This document shows positions 51,301-64,000 of a stretch of 64,000 nt of DNA, in pieces. Source of the DNA: Eledone cirrhosa (taxonomy: Eukaryota). The notes beneath the pieces were generated by a model. It worked only from the letters and a program-made list of their open reading frames with translations. It did not search any database and was not told where the DNA came from. The stretch is taken from positions 116,498,001-116,562,000 of the forward strand of contig OZ024740.1 of NCBI GenBank assembly GCA_964016885.1, written 5' to 3'. Position 1 is the stretch's first letter; each line of letters opens with the position of its first letter. Position numbers and translations under genes: made by a program.

Positions 51301-54300
51301 TAAACACATTAAAACAAAGTCTTTTTTAATCCACTTCTTTTTTCACCTCCTATAAAATCAGATCCCTCCTCATCTTTCTCCTAGCCTCTGACCACTGTTC
51401 CAAAGTTGAAAGCTTCAGTGCAGGTTTTCAACAAGTTGGGCACATAAGTCTCTAGTGATGGAAAAAGTGGAGAGCGTCACCTGTAGGAGTCGAACTCACA
51501 CTTGCCATATAACTATTATATGACCTATCATAACTGCAAAATAAACAAGTCCAAACAAATCTAAAACTATGAACCAAACACTGTCAAATTCCCTAATCAA
51601 TGACCTAAACTACTAAGTACACACCACAGAAAATATGTAGTAAAAAAAACTAACCATGCCCATAAGAACCGCCTCCAAAACACATTCCCACATTGGTATG
51701 GAAGTAACAAATGTCATTATGCTTTAGCTACCTTACATGGTTTCTGTTTAACCCCTTGACTGAATATTTATGAGATTCACTTCACAATCATGAGGTCCTA
51801 CGTTTGGTCCCACTGCTTGGTATCTTGCTCAAGTGCCCTTCACCATAACATTGAGTTTACCCTAGCCTTGTGAAGGAAAATTGAAGATAGAAGATGAGTG
51901 GAAGTTCATCAGATGGTTTGTACTTGAGCTGCAACCTTGTCCCATGTAATATTAACCTGATTCTACCTGAGGATTATGTTAAGGGAACATATGTCTATAA
52001 AATACTCAGTAATTTACTTGCTAAATAATAAGAAGCTAGTTTCACCTAATCTAACTGACTATTCATTATCAAAACTGTTGGTGATCTATTTTATAACAAA
52101 TTCTTTAGTATGAAAAAATCTTTTCTAATCCCGGCCACACACTCGATATGATCAGTCAATCTCATTATAAAGAATTTTTCTTTACAACAAATCTCTTTTT
52201 TATACCTCGTGAATTTCCTTATCACGGAATTTCACTGTATATATATATCAGACATTATGAAATTCTTTCTTCTTCTTTAAAGATAGTAGTGTCTGATTTA
52301 GGTGCTATTTCTAGCAAATCATACAACCACATAAGACTCTCTCACAGTCTTTTTACCTCCTATAATGCTTAATTAAGTTTCAGTGTGATTGTTCTTAGAA
52401 CCAGTAGACAGCAGATAAAATAATGCAAAACCCCTAAGAGTGATTTGAGTTGTAACATATGTGAGAACATAAGGACAGATACGTCTAATTACATGTTCAA
52501 AGTCTATTTATTTCTGTTTCTGATCTTAATTCAGACAATCTAATCTTTTCATATTGATAAAATAGCTACCAGATAAACAGACTTGGAAATGGGTTATAGC
52601 AGTTTAGTGTCTCATAATCTAGAAGGATCTCTAATGCTTTTGGCAACTGCCAACAATATTTTTCTAATATGTTGTTGTTTAACCTGAGGTCAGCTCTGAT
52701 CAAAATCATTCCTACAGTGACTACCCTGTCTTTTTATTTATGTGCCCTTCATGTTTTAAACAGTGTAATTTCAGGAGATTAGGTTGACCATTGTGCTAGC
52801 ATGTTATATTTTATTGATACTATTATAACATTTTCTTTTAATCTTCTACTAATCTCCCTTGGTTGGTTGTAGTCATACTGGGGCACTACTTTAAATGGCA
52901 TAATTGATTATATCCTTTTCAATATTTGTAGAATTTTATTAAAATTTACATATGTACTTATATTTTAAAATTTGGAGGTAAGTAACTGCATAGGCTCAAG
53001 AGGACAAGTGTTTCAGTCTTTGCAGCATTGATTTTCATTCCTGCCATGCAGCACACCTATCAAGTGCATGTTCTGATGAGTCGCTCTAGGTATAGCTGCT
53101 ACTTCCCCAAACTGAAAAATCATAGCTCCGATACTATGGATATGTGGAATAGTCAGAAAACATCAATTAATAGTGAAGGTACAGCAGTGTTCTTGAGTAA
53201 GATGCTTCATTTCACATGACTTTTCATGAAAGGACTAAGTCTCTCCGTCTTTAAAAAACCTGAGAAACCTCTTATGGGATGCAATCTCCTATGTGTGAGC
53301 TGTAAAATTTATTTTCATTTCATTTATTAACCCTTTAGCATTACTCTATATTTATTATTGTATTTTGATGGTAAACACTTTATCTGATATAATATTGAAT
53401 CTACAAGATTTTGAGAACAATACCTTAACATAAGTATGAGCAGCCGATTACAGCTGGTTTGAACAGAAAGAGGTGAGAAAATTCTGGCCAGATACACCTG
53501 GTTTAAATGCTAAAGGGTTAAGGTGATAGCAAATGTGAAATGAGCGAGAAGTATGCATTTATAAACAATTAAACATTTGTTTGCAATAAATGAATAAAAA
53601 CTACATGAACATTAGTGTTCATTAATTTATTAATATAAAGTTATTTTTTAACAATTTAAGATATTTTCATGTTTATGTCAATATCATTAAATGGAAGTGA
53701 AAAATGACGAAAACAATAACAATTTCAAAAACAATATATAAAATAATCTTTTTTTCAGATGTTTAATTTTCTTCACTTGGAAAGGAAAATATAAAAATTA
53801 ACACAACAGAAATACATGATCACTCTCACAAAACCTGGCTGTTCTTACAAGAGAACTTAGGAAAAATAAAAAGATTTTATACAGGTTACTTACAAAGAGA
53901 CAAAAATTAAAATATTTAAAATTTTTGCATAAGTGACATATTTTGGTTCATTGTTTCTTTTATAATTTCCAGAGATATTTTGAAAACAATCATTTTTTTG
54001 TGTTTTTTTTTCAATGTTTCTTCTTAACAATAACTATACAAACATAGCATGGTCTATTTTCAGTTGATTTTTATTATTTTCATTATTAAAAAATACATAT
54101 GGAATAGAAGAAATATGATTCTACTGTTAAATTTTACTTTTAATTATCGTTTTTACTATGAAATAAAGAATTAAAAAATAGTTTCTTCCCTCCTTCCTCA
54201 CAAAAATATAACAAATGGACCAATCAGAATGAAGCTCAAAAGGATAAGTAATACATATTGCCAGGGAGCATAACATAATGCTAATGACTCAATAACATTT

Positions 54301-56194
54301 ATAATACAGATTACTGGTGCATTAACAGTTTTGTTTTAATGCTATACTGTACAATAAAATATATCAATAATTTTTTAACCAACACTATCTTATGTATGCA
54401 TATATAAACCAAAAGCACACTGGGTCTTAAAACTGGCCCAAGCATTTCGATGACACTAACAGATTGCTGGCAGCTGAGAACCAGATGTATGTTTTCATTG
54501 CTCAGTTAACCCTTCAGCATTTAAACCGGTCAGAATTCTCTCACCTCTTTCTGTTCAAATTGGTCGTAACCAGCCACTCATACTGATGTTCAGGTATTTT
54601 TCTCAAAATAATTAATATCAAAATCTCACAGACTGAATATTAAGTGAGATAAAGTCTTTACTGTGAAAATACAGCAGTAAATATAGAGTAATGTAAATTT
54701 TAGAGGGTTAAAGCATGTTTCATTTTTGTGCAATGGTTATAACTTTAGTTTTTTGTGACATTTTCTCAGCTGTTTATTTTTTACTCAACCCAGCCAAAGA
54801 GGCCTACTGGTCATTGCCCAAATGCCTGTATGGCTAATTCACCATTGGTATAGACATATATAAGCATCATGTTTGCATATACAGAATCTTTGTGGACAGA
54901 AAAAAAGAAGGGATCAGCTGTTGATGAAATTCAAACACAGGTTTACAGCTAATCTTTTTTTTTTGTCCACAAAAATATTGTATATACAAGCAAGGAGTTT
55001 ATACCTGTCTATACATGAAATGGAAGCTAAAAATCCATATATTCTACAGTACAGAACAGCTTGTGTATTAAATCAGGGTAGTGAATAGGTTGAAATAGAT
55101 GTTAGGATGGAGTACAATGACACCTCCTTCTCACAAGTTTAGACAGTCAACTTCATAAAGTGTTAATAAACATTCAACTTCAAATACAGTAAATCAGAAA
55201 ATGTTGGTGGACATAGCAAGTCTCTTGTTTAGACATAGTTTGGACAGAGCTGAAAATCCAAATTCAAACTTATAACTGGAAACGTTTTCTTTTTTTTAAA
55301 TGCAAACCATTTTATTGTACAGTAAGAAAAAATATTTGTTTTTTAATAAACTAAACATGCTCACAATATCATCACTATTTTGACATTAAACATATTCTTT
55401 TTAAGCATAAGTTTGATGGGGTCTGCAATATAGCATCTCTCCATATGACTTGACCTTACATTATCACATCTGTAAGACTTAGCACTCTGAGATCTGACCA
55501 AGCCATAACAATATTTCTTTTTTCTCTCACAATGTAGCTCATTTATGGTTTGTTTATATGTACTTTTAATTGGCTGCTGTTTATGTCATGTCATTTTAAT
55601 AAATCTGTTGACATATTATTTCATATGTAAATAGAAAGAAAAAAAAAAACGTGACAGAAGTTTAAAACAAGCAGTAAAAGGAATTATTAAAAAAAAGAGG
55701 CTTTCTCATTTAAAAAAAAATCATTCATTTTAATGAATTCAATTGGTTTACAAATAGTAATTTTTAACTTTGGGTGTTAGACTCAAAGTCCGATTGTGTT
55801 CTTGAGTAATTTATTTCATTTCATGTTGCTTTTCAGGATAAGACTGGGGACTTTCTCAATAAAACACCTAAGAAACCTCATCATAATTTTTATGTCCACT
55901 TTTCCATGCTCACATGGTTTGGATGGGTCCTTTTCAGCACAGCATTGTTTCACACATCGCGTTCCTTCATCATCTCCTGTGTGAGTCTCAGTGACTTGAG
56001 ATCAGCTCCCCCCCCCTCCTGCCTAGTTTCTACCTCAGTTCATTCAGGCTCTTCTCACATTTACATTGCACATCCAACAAAGCACGATAGCTTTATTTCT
56101 CTCCAGCCTACACATGTCCTCTAATCAGTACCTATGTTGTAAACAGAGGAAGTAGCTCTCTAAACTTCTTCCATTCTATCTTTATTCTATGAGA

Positions 56195-56733
56195 TATAAT
56201 TGATGGAAGTTACGGAGTAGGTAGACCCAGAAAAACCTGGGACGACTTGATAAATTCTGACTTTACACACTTGCACCTCTCTAAGACAATGTCACTGGAC
56301 CGAGATCTTTGGCACCACGCAGTAATACAGAAGATCCGCCTTGCCTATGTACAAAGCAAAACCTACAGTCAGTAGGCACCTCTTAACCAAATATACACCC
56401 CTACTCCCACTCCCACCAACACCACCCTTTCTCTGTAAAGTTATGTTGGTACCACAACATCCAGTCCAAAATAAATGGTTGTGTAGGTGTCACAACAAAA
56501 AAACACAGTCCACGCTGTAATGCGGCTGTGTAGGTAACACGGTAAAAAGCTCCCAATCCACACTGTAAATGTGGTTGGTGTTAGGAAGGGCGTCCAGCCG
56601 TAGAAAACCTGCCAGACAGTCCTATACGAGCGAGACACGGTCACCCAACCAATCTTGCCTCAAGTGGGACAATTCCTGACTAATCCCATGCTAGCGTGGA
56701 AGATAGACGTTAAACGATGATGATGATGATGAT
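56195..56733 (+). mobile_element. RTE LINE 3' end (second subfamily)
   Basis: Matches the reverse complement of 2086-2620 and ends in a (GAT)n tail. Confidence 0.85.
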
Positions 56734-58105
56734 AACGTCACAGGAGGCCAGCCAAACCTCCATAGGTGTGAGCTCTATAGGTGTGAACTGAATTTTATTT
56801 TTTTGTTTGTTCAACTACAAGGGTACAGAATTTCAGGGAATGGGTATAGTAGATTGAATTAACCCTCATATTTACTGACCCTGACAGTATAGAATTATTA
56901 AACTTATTCAGTGGTACCTTCATTTTTTTAAATTCCATTTTTCCTAATCTTAGTACAAGAAAGTTTTGAATTTTTTTTTTTTTGCTTTTTCTATCAAAAA
57001 ATATTCAGTTGTATAAACTTTTAATAATTCTGAAAAGAATAACAATAATCGTTTCTAACATAAGCACATGGTCATAAGTTTTGACTCAGTACGTAACGTA
57101 CTATATGTTATCTACTCTGGAAGGTTGAAAGGAAAAGTTGGCATTGAAAAGTAATAATAGTAAGAACAATAATAATAATGGTTTCTGATTTAGGTACAAG
57201 GCCAACAATTTTTGGGAAAGTCGATTAAATCGACCCCAGTGTGTGTTACTGGTGCTTTATTTTATTGACCCTTGTAGGGATGAAAGGCAAAACTAACCTT
57301 GGTGGGATTTGAACTCTGCAAAGCATGTTGTCTGACACTCTACCCATGTTGCCAATCCATTGCACAATAATAATAATGATTTCTACTATAGGCACAAGGC
57401 CAGCAATATTGGGGGAGGGGAAAGTCGATTAAATCGACCCCAGTATTTACTGGTGCTTTATTTTATCAACCTCGTAAGGATGAAAGGCAAAGCTAACCTT
57501 GGCAGGATTTAAACTCAGAACGTAAAGGGTCATAACTCTATGCTGCAAAGCATGGTGTCTGACACACTACCAACAATAATAATAGACATCATCACACATG
57601 TGAAATTCATCTTAAGAATATTTTAAATTTATAAGTCAGTAAAATTTTTTTATCAAGCTTTATAAAACTTAAAATAAACTGATTTAGGTTATTTGACCAC
57701 TTTTGTACTGGATAAACAGGTTCCTACTATCATATTGGACTGGAGAAACAGGTTCCTACTATCAACTAAGATATTGCTTTGATAGTTTCAAAGCATTTGT
57801 TTATACTGCATAGTTGAAATACCCCATCTCACAGAATAAAAAAAGAAAAACTTGATTTTAACTTTTCTCAAATTTATGATTTTAGAAACTATAAGGTATA
57901 ATGGTTGGATGCATAATGGACTGGCTTACTGTTTGGCAGTCAATGTCAAATTTCTGCTACTTTTACTACAACTGCCATCCTCATTTAAAACAGGTGACAA
58001 AAAAAAAAGCACATGACCAGGATTCTTTGTAAAAATAAAACCTTATGTATATTTAACAAAGCATTATAGAGTAGACAATGTCTGAATGAACTAAGAACAA
58101 ACATA

Positions 58106-58162
<57 letters not shown>

Positions 58163-59730
58163 TCATATGAATGTTAGGTCATAATGGATTTTAGGTGAGG
58201 GCATCATATTATACTATGTACATTTGACTATCTTACTCAGTATTATTCACCTTAGATTATTTCTTTAGACAAATAATGGAAGCTGCAGTAGAGGTAGACC
58301 AAGGAAGACCTGGGTGGAGGTGATGAGAGTTGAGCTCAAATTACTGAAACTCACAGAGATGATGAAGGAACTCAACGAGTGGATATATGCTGTAATGAAA
58401 AGGACCCAACCCATGCGGGCATGGAAAACAGATGTAAAAAACAATGATGATGATGATATAAGATTAAAAGGAAACTGATTGACCAGAATTTATTCTTTGG
58501 GATATATATCAAGTTGTTCAAGTTTTGTGATATATTGGAAGATTATCACCACTTTTTATGTTTTTTTTTCCATTTTGGCATTACCTGCATGGTATTTTTT
58601 GAGGCAATGTTTTATAGTCAGATGCCCTTTCTTATGTCAAACTTTTCTGTCACTTTTTATGGTGTACATATTCTAAACATACACACACACACATAGATAA
58701 GTGGTGAAAGCTTGTGACATGCTGTGCAGGAGAACACATGTCTACTAGTGCAAGCATAATGAAACAGCTGTTAAAATAAAGGTGCTAGTGATGAATGCTG
58801 GGATGTATAACATACAATTGGGATTCTCACTCACTATACTTCCAGCTTCTATTTGTTGTTCAGTTCACTACTGTTTTGACTGAGTAATAAGGGAGGGCAT
58901 TTGATTTGTAGGTATCCAAGCCCTTCAACGTCATCCATTATCTTATCACTCATTATCATTAGCACTATCTCTCTTTCACCATCACCCCTCAACCTCAACA
59001 TTGGATCTGGCCATATTTGTGTCAATTTTCATTGATATTTTCCATCTTCACTTACTATCATTCATATCTGTTGATACTGAATACTTGCTATCATATTCTA
59101 TACTCTCAACCTCTACTGCTATATATCTTTCTCTATCCCCCGTGACGCCCTTATATGACACCTATCACTCCTTTACACTTCTCTCTTGCTATCCATCACT
59201 TGCTCTCTTCTATTATGACATACCACATGCTATCCCATTACATTGCTCATGCTGTTTTCTATTCAACCTTCTAGCCCCTACCAATAACCATTGTCTCCAT
59301 CCTATTTCTATTATCCAATCACCCTGTTTCCCCTCTTCCCTCCTAATGATCATACTCTTATCTCTTTAACTAATAGCCCCTCACTCCCATTTTAATCACT
59401 CCTAGTCACATCTACCTTGAAAAATAAAAAGGGGATAAAATTAAGTATAGAAGACTCTTTAGTTTTGTAGTGGGCAAGAAAACATTTTAGTGTTGTTGCC
59501 ATGATAAATCTGTCCAGTACCATCTGTTAAGTGGTTGGTGTTAAGAAGGGCATCCAGCTGTAGAAACAGTCAAAATGGGAACATACGAGATGTTGGAGGT
59601 CTCCAGCACATCTGAGAGGGCAGCAGTAATTTTGAAAAACTTTGAGTGTAATGACCAGCTCAACCTCTACTAGCATTGATGATATACAAATAAATATGTA
59701 TACACACATACATTTATGGATGTGTGTGTG

Positions 59731-59769
<39 letters not shown>

Positions 59770-59907
59770 CTTCCATATACTGTCCCGATTGTGTTGTTAT
59801 TTCTGTTTACCTTTTACATATACATTGTGTTTATTTATATATATATATATACGCAGTGTGTGTGTATAGGTATCCATGTATATATATAAGGATATACTAA
59901 ACTGTAT

Positions 59908-60215
59908 GACTAGCAGTCCTTTGTTCATATTTGACAACGAAGGAAGAACCCATGAGCACCATATAAGTGTAAGATGTTATTTTTGTAGGAAAAGAAATTT
60001 TTTTCTTCAAATTACAGACATAATTGTATATATTTGTATAAAAATAAATTGAAAAAGCTTAGAATTTGTGAGAAGAAAAAAAAAACGGGGTAACTAGTTT
60101 CAATATATGTTGATTGTTGACATACGGAAAATTTTGATTGCAAGAAAGATAAAAAGTGTTTCCTATAATTTACAGTTATATGCGTAAACATAAAAGGTGA
60201 TCCTTTATATTATTG
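59908..60215 (-). mobile_element. Helitron-like non-autonomous element
   Basis: On the minus strand, the hairpin tccttcgtt..aacaaagga is followed a few nt later by CTAG|T, as at Helitron 3' ends. Confidence 0.45.
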
Positions 60216-61615
60216 TCATAAACTAAAAACAAAAAACCCAACAGAAACAATTTGCTAGCGTCACTAATATATTGGGTATATTGAATTTTTCGCAGTTCAT
60301 TATTGTAGAAATGATATTGTGGGTAGAAAATCTGACATCATCTTGATTGATATTATTCATTATCAACATAAAACTGGAAAGCACAAGGTAAAAAAACCCG
60401 TTACGTTTAACGAGCGGGACTATACAATAATGAAAATATAAAAAAAATTTAAATCACTTTTTTAAAAAAGAATTTCAACAACATAATATTAATGTACATC
60501 ATGGAAAATGTATCTCTGCCAAATTTCATGAAAAGAAAAGGAAAAAAAAAAACTCTTAAGAAGGTTATGAAGAATCATAGTCGGGGCGGGGGTCACTAAA
60601 CTAGTTATTACCTTGATTAATGAAGGATCACCAATAAGATTAAGTTGTATTTAATATTTCATTTCGTTTCAGGTGTAATTTACTTTCACAATCAGTACCT
60701 TTCAGAGACAAATTAAACTTTGTAAAAAAAAACATAATTATGAAATTTTGTTTTCTTTTAAACGCTTCTCTTTACTTTTAATCTGCAGTTGGTATAAAAA
60801 AGTGAAAATGAAGTGCTACTCAAAGATCACCATATGCATACATATTTAAAGCTTTAAATTTGTTAAAAATAAATTTAAAAAAAGGGATCAATCCTATTTG
60901 CGTATTCCTTTAGATGTAAAATTTTCAAACAAAAAATTGAAAAGTACTGTGCTGCATGGAATTCGTAAATAGGACTTTACCTATTTTTTTTACAGAACTT
61001 TGAGGGAAGAGAGGAGGTTTGGGTTTGAGATACAATAAATACATACATATATATGATCTCCATTTGTTTGTTCAAGTTCAATTATCAGACCTTTATATAT
61101 CATCAATTAATACTGGGTATCCTGAACTTTACGGTCCAAATGTAAACATTTTCGAAACAAATTCTTGACGGTCCGATTTATTTTGGTTTTGGTGTATCCA
61201 CAAACTATAATTTCTAATTGCATTTATTTTGAATAGTATTATGTTGAAATAATACCTATCATATTGGGTATTTTTTCATTATCAGTACGTCAAAAATGAA
61301 AGCAAATTGACGACGGAATATCATAAATTGTATTAAATTTTATTGATATTTACTTCGTATTGTTCTCTTATTAATCGCTCTCGCTACAGGTGAAAATGGT
61401 AGATCAACAGGACTGCATCAATCCTAATCCCTAAACCTATTCCATAGTCCTAGGCAATAATATGTATCATACATTCTATAAAATGTTATTGAATATTATT
61501 GCCTACACGAATAACAAAATGAACAAGTGTATGAAGTATTTGTTTTGAAAAAACAAAAACAAAAAACAAAAAAAAACTTTTTTCGGATCATAAAGCTCAG
61601 GATCCACTTAATATC

Positions 61616-62602
61616 CTAAACCATGTAACGGAAGGCAGTATGTCCAGGATAAGGGATTGTTTGCGAATAGGTAGGGTAAATAACACGATAACTAAGAAAC
61701 CAACATATCACGGATATCATAGATGCGGCAACTTTCTCGGCAAGAGTATGGAACCGGTACACACTAGTGATTAGCAACAGAAATTCCCAGATAAGTGTAA
61801 ACAGAGTCAACACAATGATGACCACCTTAATATAAGGGGTTAACTTTTCGTTGGCTTCTTTAGATAGGGTGATCTCTTCAGGAGTTACTTTACGCATCTG
61901 CTGAAAATCTGGTTTCTGTAAAAGTTCACGTAATCTTCTCCAGTCTTTGAAAACCCTACATTCTTCTACGATAGTCAACAAATTGTGTGTCAGTAAGAAC
62001 ACATGGCCTGACACATCAAATGCAAGCCACACTTTACCGGCTTTTTTGCAATTAGATCTGGTGGTCAGGTTGATTTCCGTGCAGATACCTGTCGACCGAG
62101 CAATATGATCGAAAGTGGATGTGCAAACATACCACCAAAGTGTAGCAATAGCTAAGCGCAATAAGTGCTTTTTAACCATCTTCACGTTGCATCCTGTGTA
62201 CACGTAGCTGGTTAGCGATATCAAAATCGATAACAACACAAGAGTCCATCCCCAGCCGAATTGAACGAAGAATCGATTTAATAGGTTATCCTTGCGAGAG
62301 AAATACATTGGCGGTACAACAAACAAATCAGCTATCACAGAAGCTACAAACACACCAACGACATAGATACCGATTTTCACAGAGATGTCCATGAACAGAA
62401 CTTTGCGACACAACTTCATGATAACCATAAGTACAAAATGTCCTATATGTGTCGGTTGAGTTAAAACAGGCAACTTGCCGCCGGTAACACTTGCTTTCCT
62501 TTGAGTAGGGTTCCTAGTTTTCCGACTGGTACTCCTTTGCATTTGAGAGTTGTTAATTTCTCCTTTTGCGACAGCCATCTTTCCACGACTTTGTTCTGTC
62601 AT
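61616..62602 (-). CDS. FITM2: Fat storage-inducing transmembrane protein (FIT/Scs3 family, acyl-CoA diphosphatase), 328 aa, uninterrupted ORF
   Basis: Several hydrophobic segments plus the FIT motifs NLLNRFFVQFGWGWT, FDVSGHVFLL (catalytic His and FLL signature) and FHTLAEKV (second His). Confidence 0.92.
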   Translation of the reverse strand: MTEQSRGKMAVAKGEINNSQMQRSTSRKTRNPTQRKASVTGGKLPVLTQPTHIGHFVLMVIMKLCRKVLFMDISVKIGIYVVGVFVASVIADLFVVPPMYFSRKDNLLNRFFVQFGWGWTLVLLSILISLTSYVYTGCNVKMVKKHLLRLAIATLWWYVCTSTFDHIARSTGICTEINLTTRSNCKKAGKVWLAFDVSGHVFLLTHNLLTIVEECRVFKDWRRLRELLQKPDFQQMRKVTPEEITLSKEANEKLTPYIKVVIIVLTLFTLIWEFLLLITSVYRFHTLAEKVAASMISVICWFLSYRVIYPTYSQTIPYPGHTAFRYMV

Positions 62603-63256
62603 ACAAGAGTTATCTCCCCATCAACTATCTCTTCACATCTTTTTCTACCTCCAATTTATTTCCTATCTGTTGCATTAGAAACATTCGGCCTTAATTAATG
62701 ATAGAAATTATTATTCAAAGTATGAAAAGTTGTAGATGAGTGTGCAAATTCGATACTACACTTTACACCGGGTGTATATTAAACTGGATGTTTGTACAAG
62801 AATAGAAAATAGTGTACTGACAGTCTATCCAAATGATCGAAGTTGATGCAATATTTTCCAGTTTTTCGACACTCTCTCTTGGAAATTCAGCACAGCTAAA
62901 CGTGAACATTTAATTTTTTTTTATCAAATTTATTTTCTCATTTTTTTCTCGTTGATAAAATCATTTGATTTTATAAATGTTCGACATTCACCCGTAGGAT
63001 AATCTAATAATTTTATCAGCCCCCCCCCCCCCCTACACCAAAACAAAGTTAATTGATTAACAAAATTCGACAACGAAAAAGACCGAAGTAATTCGTTAAA
63101 CCCTCATAAGGAAAAGCGTCACCTACTCCTACACGGATTAACGTAATACGTTCATGTGTGTGACGAGTACTAAATCTTTGTTGATATTTTTTTTATTTTT
63201 CTCGTTCGTATTCATAAACTTACAATATACCAACGAGAAAAAAATATCAACACTAC

Positions 63257-63785
63257 ACAAGGGTCGACGCTACCATTAATGCCAACTAGGCCTTACTACT
63301 CTATATTTATCACGACTCTTATCGATTAGACGATATGAAAGAATGAGCTCACTATCATTAATGCCAACTAGGCCTTAATGATAGTGCCATTAGAGGACAG
63401 AGAGCATAATTGTAACTTAAAGGATCATAGTTTTATACAAATTTGTATAAAAAGATAAAAAATATAATAAATCGCATGTGATAGTATTGTGGAAATATCC
63501 AAAGTGATGGAGAGGGGCGTATGGTGTGATGACCTGACATATGATTTGACGTGAATCGGCGTGGACTGTGTAGTGGATAAGCGCAGGCTTAGTCATTTTC
63601 TTATATTTTGGTTAGAGAAGGAAGTGTCAAAAACTAGGTTAATCAGTTTACAAAACTGAATTGAATTTACCTTATTTGGGTGAATGGGGCGCATAAAAGG
63701 TAGAAGAGGGCTCATAACTGGGAAAAGGGGCTCACATTGTAGAGCTGGCCTAGGGCGTTGACTATTCAGGTACCGGCGACTCTGA
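63257..63785 (+). mobile_element. hAT-like non-autonomous element; related copies at about 7363-7920 and 42985-43240
   Basis: Shared blocks (ctaccatta.gccaa, aatatccaa...ggagaggg, ggttagag.aagaagtgtcaaaaactag) and degenerate CAGGG...CCCTG-like ends. Confidence 0.55.
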
Positions 63786-64000
63786 CCATGCATAATATTG
63801 TTGTCAAGTAATTTTATTTAATACGCAGGATAAACATTCATTTCGCTTCAAAATAATAATCCTAATGGTACTTTATTTTACAAAGCTGTTTATATAAAAC
63901 GAAACACTATTAAAGTGAACAAAGAAAGAAAAGAGGGAACTGAAAAGAAGAAAAGGTAAAAAAGAATCAATCAACGAGAGAGAGAGAGATTACACCCTAA

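Noticed and set aside
53060-53125. CTGATGA...GAAA hammerhead candidate
   Set aside because: There are no closing stems, and the region matches the minus strand of the Expander-like RTE (cf. 14025-14100).

Overview
AT-rich animal genomic DNA, dense with microsatellites and transposons. The repeat repertoire (tRNA-derived SINEs with RTE tails, RTE and CR1 LINEs, TTAA MITEs) looks to me like an octopod cephalopod; that is an inference. Two convergent protein-coding genes are supported. The first is a multi-exon RMDN1 (FAM82B, regulator of microtubule dynamics) on the + strand. Its eight in-frame coding exons span 24568-43438 and give 249 aa from the ATG at 24643; the 5' exons are uncertain. The second is a single-ORF FITM (fat storage-inducing transmembrane / Scs3 family) on the - strand at 61616-62602. 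The rest is mostly mobile-element material: RTE LINEs (one family with a PHD-type finger inside the RT), CR1 LINEs, CRE, Hero, Gypsy and Merlin remnants, SINEs, and piggyBac-, mariner- and hAT-like MITEs. The most notable observations are: a CR1 3' tail with clustered A-to-G changes that resemble fossilised ADAR editing; a tandem pseudoknot-like module in the RTE 3' UTR that is shared with SINEs; a tandemly duplicated splice donor in RMDN1; a complete Merlin mini-element nested in a SINE; and foldback hairpins that record insertion history. All alignments and translations were done by eye, and no database searches were run.
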